Below, piece after piece: positions 1-12,470 of a stretch of 64,000 bases of DNA. Where the stretch lies: NCBI RefSeq assembly GCF_030028105.1, contig NC_092400.1, positions 13,578,001 through 13,642,000 on the forward strand. The letters are read 5' to 3'. How positions within the stretch are numbered: position 1 is the first letter of the stretch; each line of letters begins with the position of its first letter. Both the position numbers and the translations under genes were made by a program. A model generated the notes under the pieces. It was not told the origin of the DNA, searched no databases, and saw only the letters and a program-made list of their open reading frames with translations. This DNA comes from Mobula birostris. Lineage: Eukaryota.

Positions 1-835
1 ACAGGAGAGAGATGCATCAGCTAGTTGAGTGGTGTCACAGCAACAACCTTGCACTCAATGGCAGGAACACGAAAGAACGGAGAGCGGTCTTCAGAAAGGG
101 TAAGATCAGAGAACACCCAACACCCCTCATAGAGAGACCAGAAGTGGAAAGAGTGAGCAAATCCAAGATTCTGAGCATCAAGGTCTCTGAGGACACAACC
201 TAGACCAAACATATCAATGCAGCTATAAAGGAGGCAAGACAGCGGCTATATTTCATTAGAGTTTGAGGAGATTTGCTATGTCACCAAAGACATTTGCAGA
301 TCTTTTACAGATGTGCCGTGGAGAGTATTCTAACTGGTTGCATCCCCGTCTGGTATGGGGAGGGGGGGTGGTGTGCTCCTGCACAGGATCCAAGCAAGCT
401 GCAGAAAGTTGTAAAATTAGTCAACTCCATCATGGGCACTAACCTCCATGGTATCCAGGACATCTTCAAGCAGTGATGCCTCAAAAAGGTGGCGACCATC
501 AGTTAGGATCCCCATCACCCAGAACATGCCCTCTTCTCATTGTTACCTTCAGGGAAGAGATATAGGAGCCTGAAGGCACACAGCCAATGATCCAGGGACA
601 GCATCTTCCCCGCTGTCATCCAATTTCTGAATGGACATTGAACCCATGAATACTTCACCACTTTTTTTATTTCTATTATTTTTGCACTACTTATTTGACT
701 TAACATACAAATGTTTGTATTTTCATATTGTAATTCAGTTTTTTTTCTCTATTATTACATATTTCTTTGTACTGATGCCGCAAAGTTAACAAATTTCATG
801 ACGTAAGCTGGTAGAATTAAACCCGATTCTGATTC
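1..835 (+). mobile_element. Rex/Babar-like LINE 3' fragment
   Basis: [19 protein letters not shown] motif and gattctgattc tail. Its distal part is copied into the tandem units. Confidence 0.8.
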
Positions 836-883
836 ATTAACAGTTTTGACTTCAAGTCCTTTTGTACCTAGATTTGATCTTAC

Positions 884-1057
884 CTGATGCCAATATGCTT
901 TATTGTCTTTGTCTGCCAGTGGAATTTCTGCCAGGTTTTCTTCTATCCATTTCAGATTAGTCTCGATGTAATTCTTAAGCTTGTCACAGTAGGCTGTCTG
1001 ACATTTGAAGGATCCACAGCAGTGAAATAATGTATTCATCCAGTGCACGTAAATATA
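884..1057 (-). CDS. PLBD2: PLBD2 exon 3, copy A (58 codons, phase 0/0)
   Basis: cag|TAT...CAG|gtaag. YIYVHWMNTLFHCCGSFKCQTAYCDKLKNYIETNLKWIEE...AYWHQ resembles PLBD2 LIYMHWMNT..YCGPF...YWHQ. Confidence 0.88.
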
Positions 1058-4000
1058 CTGGAAAACATAATAATTAAAATGTTACAAGAAAATCTGTTTT
1101 AAATTGTGATCAATCATTACTGAACTGGGCAGCAAAATATAACCAAGTCCTGTTTACCCACTTTGATACACGTTGACTTAAATTGACTCAGCAACACCTC
1201 TTCTTTACAATTCTGAACCTTATTTTCAAACTCCACATAGTTGCCAGTAGAAAGGACAGACAGTGGCGTTGGAATCACCGGGTTCAGGAACAGGTATTAC
1301 CTCTCAACCATCAGAATCTTGAACCAGAGGGGATAACTTCACTTGCCTCATCACTGAACTGTTCCCACAACCTATGGACTCACTTTCAAGGACTCTTCAT
1401 CTCGTGTTGTCAATACTCATTGCTTATATTTATTACACTTTTTCCTTTTTGCAGTTGCAGTGTGTTGCCTTTTGCACGCTAGTTGCCTGCCCTGTTGTTG
1501 TGATCCTTCAGTGATTCCATTATGGCTATTGGATTTATTGAGCATGCCCACAAGAAAATAAATCTCAGGGTTATACATGCACTTTGATAATAAATTTACT
1601 TTGAACTTGAAATTTGAACTTTGAATCTCATTCTCGCAGTAACTTTCTCCGAGTCCCCAAATTGCAGAACTCTGCACGTTCTGGCTGCTCAACCACCCCA
1701 GCTGCTATGGGCAAGCCTCCCAACTTCCTTCGCCTCATGCCCACAGTTACTTCGCATCTACGTGGAGGGCCTGTCTCACCGGCACTTTGCATCCCCACGG
1801 CCAACACTTTGCTTTCAATGTCAGTGGGAGCCTCAGGTGAGAAAACCTCCAAAACATCCGATAGTCTTTCAAAGCCAGCAAAGCCGGGTGGGTCTTTGCT
1901 GGCGGTAAACATTAAACTAGGTTTTAAAAGCTTTCAATATCTAACTTTTAGAGACATTTACAAACTAACAAAACAAAACTAAAACTGGAAAATAAGACTC
2001 ATTTGAACTAAATCTTAAGCATAAGACCACAAGATACAGGAGCAGAATTAGACACTCGGCCCATTGAGTCTACTCCACCATTTGATCATGGCCGATTTAT
2101 TATCCCTCTAAACCCCATTCTCCTGCCTTCCCCTTGCAACCTTTGACACCCTTACTAATTAAGAACCTGTCAACTTCCACTTTAAATATACTCAATGACG
2201 TGGCCTCCACAGCCTCTGTGGCTGTGATTCACCACCATCTGGGTAAAGAAATTCCTCCTCATCCTTTTTCTAAAGAGGTGTTCTTGTATTCTGAGGACGA
2301 GCTCATAGGGCCACCTCACAACCCTCTTCAAAATCAATGATCTGCTGATCATTTCTACCCAGGCATGCTCACACCACCTGATAGCTACTGACATCTATCT
2401 CCTCAGATCCTATTTCCACATGCTGACTTCCACCCATCTACCTAGATTGTTGCCTAGTCCTCTCATCAAGAACAGAACTTCCTCTGTGATCTCCACTCCT
2501 ACCACACACAACGCCTAGAGCTGAGCATTTCTGGTCAGATGTTAAGTGTATCTGTACTCGGCACAATGACAATAAAGGTTGAGGGGTAGTAACTCGGCAC
2601 AATGACAATAAAGTTGAATCTAACCTGATATCCAAGCTGAGTTCGGCATACTAAGTATTTTGCATTGACAATGTTACTGACCTTTGCATGGACATTAATT
2701 GAAAATTAAAAGTATTATTCAGATGACTCTAAAAATGCCAAAGTACAATTCAAAGAAAAACAGAGATTACAATCAATACATTCCTTACCAGAGATTACAA
2801 TCAATTTCACAACACTTATGCGGAGCATGGTAATTTCAATGCTACATTTGTCTATGTACCAAGTAAGCACAGTGCAAAGGCACAATGCCTACATATTTGC
2901 AGAAATTGATTAATTTGTTTTGTGTGTGGAACTGCATCACAGCCTGGTATGGAAACACCAAAGCCTGAGTGGAAAATCATACAAAAGGAAATGGATTTTC
3001 CCAGTATACCATTGAGCACACCTACATGAAACACTGTTGTAAAAAAACAGCATCCATCAAAGATCCTCTCCACCTAGACCATGCTTTTTTTTCCTCACTG
3101 CAGCCATCACAAGAGCCTCGGGACTCGCACTACCAGGTTCAAAAAACAGTTACTACCCCTCAACCTTAAGGCTCTTGCACAAAAGAGGATAACTACACTC
3201 GTCCATTGAGATGTTTCCACAACCAATGGTCTCACTTTAACAACTCTTTATCTTGTTATTTCATGCTCTCATTATTTAAAACGCTATTTATTTATACTTG
3301 CATTTGCACAGTTTGTTGTCTTCTATGCTATTGCATTGATCCTGTTTCCAGCTACTATTCCATAGATTTGTTGAGTATGCATGCAGAAAAAGAATCTCTG
3401 GGTGGCATGTGGTGACATGTATGTACTCTGATAATAAATTTTACTTGGAACATTGAACTCTGATGATTCACCACTCTGCTTAGAAATTTCTCATTTCAAT
3501 ACTAAATGGCACCATATTTTGAGATTGTGATTTTCTAGTTCTGGAATCCCTAACTGGGAAATTACTCCACTCTAAGTATTTTTAATGTCCGAATGAGATC
3601 ACCATTCATTCTTCTCATCTCCAGAAAATAGAGGGCCAAGCTTATTCATTAAATACAGCCATACAGACCATAAATTAAATACAGCCATACAGACCAAGCT
3701 GCAGAAAGTTGTAAAATTAGTCAACTCCATCATGGGCACTAACCTCCATGGTATCCAGGACATCTTCAAGCAGTGATGCCTCAAAAAGGTGGCGACCATC
3801 AGTTAGGATCCCCATCACCCAGAACATGCCCTCTTCTCATTGTTACCTTCAGGGAAGAGATATAGGAGCCTGAAGGCACACAGCCAATGATCCAGGGACA
3901 GCATCTTCCCCGCTGTCATCCAATTTCTGAATGGACATTGAACCCATGAATACTTCACCACTTTTTTATTTCTATTATTTTTGCACTACTTATTTGACTT

Positions 4001-4182
4001 AACATACAAATGTTTGTATTTTCATATTGTAATTCAGTTTTTTTTCTCTATTATTACATATTTCTTTGTACTGATGCCGCAAAGTTAACAAATTTCATGA
4101 CGTAAGCTGGTAGAATTAAACCCGATTCTGATTCATTAACAGTTTTGACTTCAAGTCCTTTTGTACCTAGATTTGATCTTAC

Positions 4183-4356
4183 CTGATGCCAATATGCTTT
4201 ATTGTCTTTGTCTGCCAGTGGAATTTCTGCCAGGTTTTCTTCTATCCATTTCAGATTAGTCTCGATGTAATTCTTAAGCTTGTCACAGTAGGCTGTCTGA
4301 CATTTGAAGGATCCACAGCAGTGAAATAATGTATTCATCCAGTGCACGTAAATATA
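4183..4356 (-). CDS. PLBD2: PLBD2 exon 3, copy B
   Basis: Identical to copy A with intact splice sites. Confidence 0.85.
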
Positions 4357-7300
4357 CTGGAAAACATAATAATTAAAATGTTACAAGAAAATCTGTTTTA
4401 AATTGTGATCAATCATTACTGAACTGGGCAGCAAAATATAACCAAGTCCTGTTTACCCACTTTGATACACGTTGACTTAAATTGACTCAGCAACACCTCT
4501 TCTTTACAATTCTGAACCTTATTTTCAAACTCCACATAGTTGCCAGTAGAAAGGACAGACAGTGGCGTTGGAATCACCGGGTTCAGGAACAGGTATTACC
4601 TCTCAACCATCAGAATCTTGAACCAGAGGGGATAACTTCACTTGCCTCATCACTGAACTGTTCCCACAACCTATGGACTCACTTTCAAGGACTCTTCATC
4701 TCGTGTTGTCAATACTCATTGCTTATATTTATTACACTTTTTCCTTTTTGCAGTTGCAGTGTGTTGCCTTTTGCACGCTAGTTGCCTGCCCTGTTGTTGT
4801 GATCCTTCAGTGATTCCATTATGGCTATTGGATTTATTGAGCATGCCCACAAGAAAATAAATCTCAGGGTTATACATGCACTTTGATAATAAATTTACTT
4901 TGAACTTGAAATTTGAACTTTGAATCTCATTCTCGCAGTAACTTTCTCCGAGTCCCCAAATTGCAGAACTCTGCACGTTCTGGCTGCTCAACCACCCCAG
5001 CTGCTATGGGCAAGCCTCCCAACTTCCTTCGCCTCATGCCCACAGTTACTTCGCATCTACGTGGAGGGCCTGTCTCACCGGCACTTTGCATCCCCACGGC
5101 CAACACTTTGCTTTCAATGTCAGTGGGAGCCTCAGGTGAGAAAACCTCCAAAACATCCGATAGTCTTTCAAAGCCAGCAAAGCCGGGTGGGTCTTTGCTG
5201 GCGGTAAACATTAAACTAGGTTTTAAAAGCTTTCAATATCTAACTTTTAGAGACATTTACAAACTAACAAAACAAAACTAAAACTGGAAAATAAGACTCA
5301 TTTGAACTAAATCTTAAGCATAAGACCACAAGATACAGGAGCAGAATTAGACACTCGGCCCATTGAGTCTACTCCACCATTTGATCATGGCCGATTTATT
5401 ATCCCTCTAAACCCCATTCTCCTGCCTTCCCCTTGCAACCTTTGACACCCTTACTAATTAAGAACCTGTCAACTTCCACTTTAAATATACTCAATGACGT
5501 GGCCTCCACAGCCTCTGTGGCTGTGATTCACCACCATCTGGGTAAAGAAATTCCTCCTCATCCTTTTTCTAAAGAGGTGTTCTTGTATTCTGAGGACGAG
5601 CTCATAGGGCCACCTCACAACCCTCTTCAAAATCAATGATCTGCTGATCATTTCTACCCAGGCATGCTCACACCACCTGATAGCTACTGACATCTATCTC
5701 CTCAGATCCTATTTCCACATGCTGACTTCCACCCATCTACCTAGATTGTTGCCTAGTCCTCTCATCAAGAACAGAACTTCCTCTGTGATCTCCACTCCTA
5801 CCACACACAACGCCTAGAGCTGAGCATTTCTGGTCAGATGCTAAGTGTATCTGTACTCGGCACAATGACAATAAAGGTTGAGGGGTAGTAACTCGGCACA
5901 ATGACAATAAAGTTGAATCTAACCTGATATCCAAGCTGAGTTCGGCATACTAAGTATTTTGCATTGACAATGTTACTGACCTTTGCATGGACATTAATTG
6001 AAAATTAAAAGTATTATTCAGATGACTCTAAAAATGCCAAAGTACAATTCAAAGAAAAACAGAGATTACAATCAATACATTCCTTACCAGAGATTACAAT
6101 CAATTTCACAACACTTATGCGGAGCATGGTAATTTCAATGCTACATTTGTCTATGTACCAAGTAAGCACAGTGCAAAGGCACAATGCCTACATATTTGCA
6201 GAAATTGATTAATTTGTTTTGTGTGTGGAACTGCATCACAGCCTGGTATGGAAACACCAAAGCCTGAGTGGAAAATCATACAAAAGGAAATGGATTTTCC
6301 CAGTATACCATTGAGCACACCTACATGAAACACTGTTGTAAAAAAACAGCATCCATCAAAGATCCTCTCCACCTAGACCATGCTTTTTTTTCCTCACTGC
6401 AGCCATCACAAGAGCCTCGGGACTCGCACTACCAGGTTCAAAAAACAGTTACTACCCCTCAACCTTAAGGCTCTTGCACAAAAGAGGATAACTACACTCG
6501 TCCATTGAGATGTTTCCACAACCAATGGTCTCACTTTAACAACTCTTTATCTTGTTATTTCATGCTCTCATTATTTAAAACGCTATTTATTTATACTTGC
6601 ATTTGCACAGTTTGTTGTCTTCTATGCTATTGCATTGATCCTGTTTCCAGCTACTATTCCATAGATTTGTTGAGTATGCATGCAGAAAAAGAATCTCTGG
6701 GTGGCATGTGGTGACATGTATGTACTCTGATAATAAATTTTACTTGGAACATTGAACTCTGATGATTCACCACTCTGCTTAGAAATTTCTCATTTCAATA
6801 CTAAATGGCACCATATTTTGAGATTGTGATTTTCTAGTTCTGGAATCCCTAACTGGGAAATTACTCCACTCTAAGTATTTTTAATGTCCGAATGAGATCA
6901 CCATTCATTCTTCTCATCTCCAGAAAATAGAGGGCCAAGCTTATTCATTAAATACAGCCATACAGACCATAAATTAAATACAGCCATACAGACCAAGCTG
7001 CAGAAAGTTGTAAAATTAGTCAACTCCATCATGGGCACTAACCTCCATGGTATCCAGGACATCTTCAAGCAGTGATGCCTCAAAAAGGTGGCGACCATCA
7101 GTTAGGATCCCCATCACCCAGAACATGCCCTCTTCTCATTGTTACCTTCAGGGAAGAGATATAGGAGCCTGAAGGCACACAGCCAATGATCCAGGGACAG
7201 CATCTTCCCCGCTGTCATCCAATTTCTGAATGGACATTGAACCCATGAATACTTCACCACTTTTTTTATTTCTATTATTTTTGCACTACTTATTTGACTT

Positions 7301-7482
7301 AACATACAAATGTTTGTATTTTCATATTGTAATTCAGTTTTTTTTCTCTATTATTACATATTTCTTTGTACTGATGCCGCAAAGTTAACAAATTTCATGA
7401 CGTAAGCTGGTAGAATTAAACCCGATTCTGATTCATTAACAGTTTTGACTTCAAGTCCTTTTGTACCTAGATTTGATCTTAC

Positions 7483-7656
7483 CTGATGCCAATATGCTTT
7501 ATTGTCTTTGTCTGCCAGTGGAATTTCTGCCAGGTTTTCTTCTATCCATTTCAGATTAGTCTCGATGTAATTCTTAAGCTTGTCACAGTAGGCTGTCTGA
7601 CATTTGAAGGATCCACAGCAGTGAAATAATGTATTCATCCAGTGCACGTAAATATA
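7483..7656 (-). CDS. PLBD2: PLBD2 exon 3, copy C
   Basis: Identical to copy A with intact splice sites. Confidence 0.85.
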
Positions 7657-10600
7657 CTGGAAAACATAATAATTAAAATGTTACAAGAAAATCTGTTTTA
7701 AATTGTGATCAATCATTACTGAACTGGGCAGCAAAATATAACCAAGTCCTGTTTACCCACTTTGATACACGTTGACTTAAATTGACTCAGCAACACCTCT
7801 TCTTTACAATTCTGAACCTTATTTTCAAACTCCACATAGTTGCCAGTAGAAAGGACAGACAGTGGCGTTGGAATCACCGGGTTCAGGAACAGGTATTACC
7901 TCTCAACCATCAGAATCTTGAACCAGAGGGGATAACTTCACTTGCCTCATCACTGAACTGTTCCCACAACCTATGGACTCACTTTCAAGGACTCTTCATC
8001 TCGTGTTGTCAATACTCATTGCTTATATTTATTACACTTTTTCCTTTTTGCAGTTGCAGTGTGTTGCCTTTTGCACGCTAGTTGCCTGCCCTGTTGTTGT
8101 GATCCTTCAGTGATTCCATTATGGCTATTGGATTTATTGAGCATGCCCACAAGAAAATAAATCTCAGGGTTATACATGCACTTTGATAATAAATTTACTT
8201 TGAACTTGAAATTTGAACTTTGAATCTCATTCTCGCAGTAACTTTCTCCGAGTCCCCAAATTGCAGAACTCTGCACGTTCTGGCTGCTCAACCACCCCAG
8301 CTGCTATGGGCAAGCCTCCCAACTTCCTTCGCCTCATGCCCACAGTTACTTCGCATCTACGTGGAGGGCCTGTCTCACCGGCACTTTGCATCCCCACGGC
8401 CAACACTTTGCTTTCAATGTCAGTGGGAGCCTCAGGTGAGAAAACCTCCAAAACATCCGATAGTCTTTCAAAGCCAGCAAAGCCGGGTGGGTCTTTGCTG
8501 GCGGTAAACATTAAACTAGGTTTTAAAAGCTTTCAATATCTAACTTTTAGAGACATTTACAAACTAACAAAACAAAACTAAAACTGGAAAATAAGACTCA
8601 TTTGAACTAAATCTTAAGCATAAGACCACAAGATACAGGAGCAGAATTAGACACTCGGCCCATTGAGTCTACTCCACCATTTGATCATGGCCGATTTATT
8701 ATCCCTCTAAACCCCATTCTCCTGCCTTCCCCTTGCAACCTTTGACACCCTTACTAATTAAGAACCTGTCAACTTCCACTTTAAATATACTCAATGACGT
8801 GGCCTCCACAGCCTCTGTGGCTGTGATTCACCACCATCTGGGTAAAGAAATTCCTCCTCATCCTTTTTCTAAAGAGGTGTTCTTGTATTCTGAGGACGAG
8901 CTCATAGGGCCACCTCACAACCCTCTTCAAAATCAATGATCTGCTGATCATTTCTACCCAGGCATGCTCACACCACCTGATAGCTACTGACATCTATCTC
9001 CTCAGATCCTATTTCCACATGCTGACTTCCACCCATCTACCTAGATTGTTGCCTAGTCCTCTCAGCAAGAACAGAACTTCCTCTGTGATCTCCACTCCTA
9101 CCACACACAACGCCTAGAGCTGAGCATTTCTGGTCAGATGTTAAGTGTATCTGTACTCGGCACAATGACAATAAAGGTTGAGGGGTAGTAACTCGGCACA
9201 ATGACAATAAAGTTGAATCTAACCTGATATCCAAGCTGAGTTCGGCATACTAAGTATTTTGCATTGACAATGTTACTGACCTTTGCATGGACATTAATTG
9301 AAAATTAAAAGTATTATTCAGATGACTCTAAAAATGCCAAAGTACAATTCAAAGAAAAACAGAGATTACAATCAATACATTCCTTACCAGAGATTACAAT
9401 CAATTTCACAACACTTATGCGGAGCATGGTAATTTCAATGCTACATTTGTCTATGTACCAAGTAAGCACAGTGCAAAGGCACAATGCCTACATATTTGCA
9501 GAAATTGATTAATTTGTTTTGTGTGTGGAACTGCATCACAGCCTGGTATGGAAACACCAAAGCCTGAGTGGAAAATCATACAAAAGGAAATGGATTTTCC
9601 CAGTATACCATTGAGCACACCTACATGAAACACTGTTGTAAAAAAACAGCATCCATCAAAGATCCTCTCCACCTAGACCATGCTTTTTTTTCCTCACTGC
9701 AGCCATCACAAGAGCCTCGGGACTCGCACTACCAGGTTCAAAAAACAGTTACTACCCCTCAACCTTAAGGCTCTTGCACAAAAGAGGATAACTACACTCG
9801 TCCATTGAGATGTTTCCACAACCAATGGTCTCACTTTAACAACTCTTTATCTTGTTATTTCATGCTCTCATTATTTAAAACGCTATTTATTTATACTTGC
9901 ATTTGCACAGTTTGTTGTCTTCTATGCTATTGCATTGATCCTGTTTCCAGCTACTATTCCATAGATTTGTTGAGTATGCATGCAGAAAAAGAATCTCTGG
10001 GTGGCATGTGGTGACATGTATGTACTCTGATAATAAATTTTACTTGGAACATTGAACTCTGATGATTCACCACTCTGCTTAGAAATTTCTCATTTCAATA
10101 CTAAATGGCACCATATTTTGAGATTGTGATTTTCTAGTTCTGGAATCCCTAACTGGGAAATTACTCCACTCTAAGTATTTTTAATGTCCGAATGAGATCA
10201 CCATTCATTCTTCTCATCTCCAGAAAATAGAGGGCCAAGCTTATTCATTAAATACAGCCATACAGACCATAAATTTTAAGCTTCCTGGCCTTTTGATCTC
10301 CCTGCTTTGGTCAGCTCTGGCTCACAAACATCAAATGCTTATTTGGTATTAACCATCCAAGTAGAAAGTCAATGTGTTTGGGACAGGTGTCAGGGTCAGA
10401 TTTAGTTTCAATACATCACACTGCAGGATAATCTAATAGTCTAATTTATAAAGAACTGTTAAAGAGTAAAGGCAGGGAGATCTTTCAGAACAAAAGTGAC
10501 ATGCAGAGTCATTTGGAGAAAAAAGTTTGCATTGGTTATAGCAGTCCATTGGTATTAAGTTGCCAAACAAAATGTCTGATTTACTTACATTTAAAATGAA

Positions 10601-10804
10601 CAATTTATAACAAAAATATCTCTAACATCTTCAGTTTCCACTAATAATCTAAGATAGTTGCCCAATGCCTTGATTGTGAAATAACCATCAAAACACTACT
10701 CAGTTTTTTTCTAGTCAATACAACTCTTGAAGCACTTCTAAATACTTCTTGACGTCTTTTCTTTCACGGCAAACGAGAATCTGAGAGCAATTAGTAAAGC
10801 TTAC

Positions 10805-10898
10805 TGGTCGTGTGACCTCAGCTTCCAGCACTCCTGCAGCATAAGCCTGAATTCTATCATCATACGTCCCATTTGTACCAAGTTCAAGGTAGGACCAG
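10805..10898 (-). CDS. PLBD2: PLBD2 exon 2 (94 nt)
   Basis: tgtag|C TGG...CCA|gtaagc. WSYLELGTNGTYDDRIQAYAAGVLEAEVTRP resembles PLBD2 WAFLELGTSGQYNDSLQAYAAGVVEAAVSEE. Confidence 0.92.
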
Positions 10899-11289
10899 CT
10901 ACAGAGGACAGAAAATGTAAAGTAAATAGAAGCTAAACATACTGAATGAAAACAGAAAAGTATATGAATCATCAACAATTGCAAGATGGCAAAAACTTAA
11001 ATCTACTATATTTTAAGATAAACACATGTCCTTAATGTTAGAGTTTAAACATATGCATGCATGTTTAACCTTGCATAATATACCTTATTTAGAGACTATT
11101 AAATGATTTGTGGAAACAGGCACAGTTAATTTATAAGTCGTCAGTCTTCCTCTCTTCATCGATCAACACTAACACTCTCCAGCCCTCTTCCCATCTAGAC
11201 TTATCCTATCCCCTTTCCCCAACCCTTTTCCCATCCAGCCTTTTGCCTCCAAATGGATCCCTCTCCAGACCCCTGAACACCCATCTCTG

Positions 11290-11905
11290 CCACTCATTCC
11301 CTACCCACCTCCCCTGCCCCCAAGGCCCACCCCCACCTCCCCGCCCCCAACACCCACCCCACCTCCCCTGCTCCCGACACCCGCCCCCACCCCCGACACC
11401 CACCCCATCTCCCCTGCCCCCAACGCCCACCCCACCTCCCCTGCCCCCGAGCGCCCACCCCCACCCCACCTCCCCTGCCCCCCAGCGCCCACCTGCCAAA
11501 CTGCCACCCACCACGCCGCCTGCCCTACCCACCCATCACCCACGCTGCCTACCCTACCCCAACAAGCAACCACTCCCCTCCCCACCCCACAGGCGTCCAC
11601 CCCCACTCCGTGTGCCCTGTCCTACTCTCCACGGGCGCCCACCTCCCACCCTGAACCCCCCCCAACCACGCCTGCCCTCCCGAGCGCCCCCCCCCCACCA
11701 GGGCCCACCCCCACCCCCGGGCATCCATCCACCACCCCAACTCCTCTGGCCTCGACACCCAACCGCACCCACCTCCCCCTCCTCTATCCCCAAACCCACC
11801 CCTCACCCCCATCTACTCCTCGTGACCCTACCGGTACCCGCAGCCTACTTGTTCCACACTCTTCTTACCAACCTACCTGCCCTACCCACCTACCACCCCA
11901 CCTTC
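11290..11905. repeat. C-rich low-complexity tract (G-rich on the PLBD2 sense strand)
   Basis: Repeated cacccc/cacctcccctgcccc-like units. Confidence 0.9.
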
Positions 11906-11911
11906 CTTTCT

Positions 11912-12058
11912 GCCAGAGCGGTGCAGCGTCTCAGGAGCCGCCAGAGGCACCACTGCCAGCAGCGACAACAACAACAGGACATGACAAGCAGCCACTCAGC
12001 AGGAGGACCGGTATTGGATGTGGCACCGAGGTCCCTCAGGGCAGCAAGCCACCGCCAT
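11912..12058 (-). pseudogene. PLBD2: PLBD2 exon 1 remnant (signal peptide interrupted by an in-frame TGA)
   Basis: AACATGGCG start at 12058 reads MAVACCPEGPRCHIQYRSSC*, then VAACHVLLLLSLLAVVPLAAPETLHRS in the same frame. The expected AVAWANxTN..G segment and a clear phase-2 donor were not found. Confidence 0.6.
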
Positions 12059-12470
12059 GTTGGACCGGCGCATCAGCTGACGCCGGTGAATGATTGACAG
12101 CCTGGTGCGCTGGCGACCGAGCGAAAGTCCGGCTCCTCACTATATTTGCCAGATGCTAGTCATTTGCATATCTGTATCGTCACGTGAATGTATATGATCA
12201 TTTGCTTGAGCTTTCATGGAGCGTTATAGCAGCATATGGAATATTTCGAGTAAGTCACGCAATTCTATTCGGGGATAGTGCCGAGTCTCATTGATTGGAG
12301 GTCCGTGAAATGACCTTTCATTCAAAGCGCGTCTGCTTCAATGCGTGATGGTTTCACGTTGGACCGAGTCGCAGCTGGGAGCAAAAACTGAGCCAGTGCG
12401 GCTCTCGCTGTCTTCTTGAACCCCCGCGCATTAATTGGAATGAACTGATTTAAATAGGGGGAGGGCGAGG
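12052..12470. promoter_or_regulatory. Putative bidirectional PLBD2/SLC8B1 promoter
   Basis: CpG-richer region between divergent ATGs (12058 on -, 12935 on +). YY1-like CCGCCATGTT at 12052, octamer ATTTGCAT at 12162-12169, GTCACGTGAA at 12179-12188. A candidate 5'UTR donor GTAAGT at 12250 pairs with the acceptor ttttag at 12920. Confidence 0.6.

Larger units (their letters stand above)
395..10275. repeat. Tandem triplication, unit ~3.3 kb (395-3694, 3695-6993, 6994-10275)
   Basis: ORFs recur at +3299/+6599 offsets. Only about 3 differences seen by eye (T-run length near 662, T/C at 2542 vs 5841, T/G at 2466 vs 9065). Both internal junctions are identical. Confidence 0.97.

Noticed and set aside
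1614-1982. 122-aa and overlapping ORFs repeated three times
   Set aside because: No recognisable homology and non-ATG starts; the recurrence is due only to the tandem array.
395-10275. CRISPR array or other prokaryotic system
   Set aside because: The DNA is a spliced vertebrate locus and has no short repeat-spacer architecture.
11996-11998. TGA after Cys read as selenocysteine or readthrough
   Set aside because: It lies within an apparent insertion in a signal peptide, PLBD2 is not a known selenoprotein, and no SECIS can be assessed here.
11108-12097. 329-aa proline-rich ORF and the Gly-rich antisense ORFs
   Set aside because: By-product of the C-rich low-complexity tract; starts at TTG and lies antisense to PLBD2.
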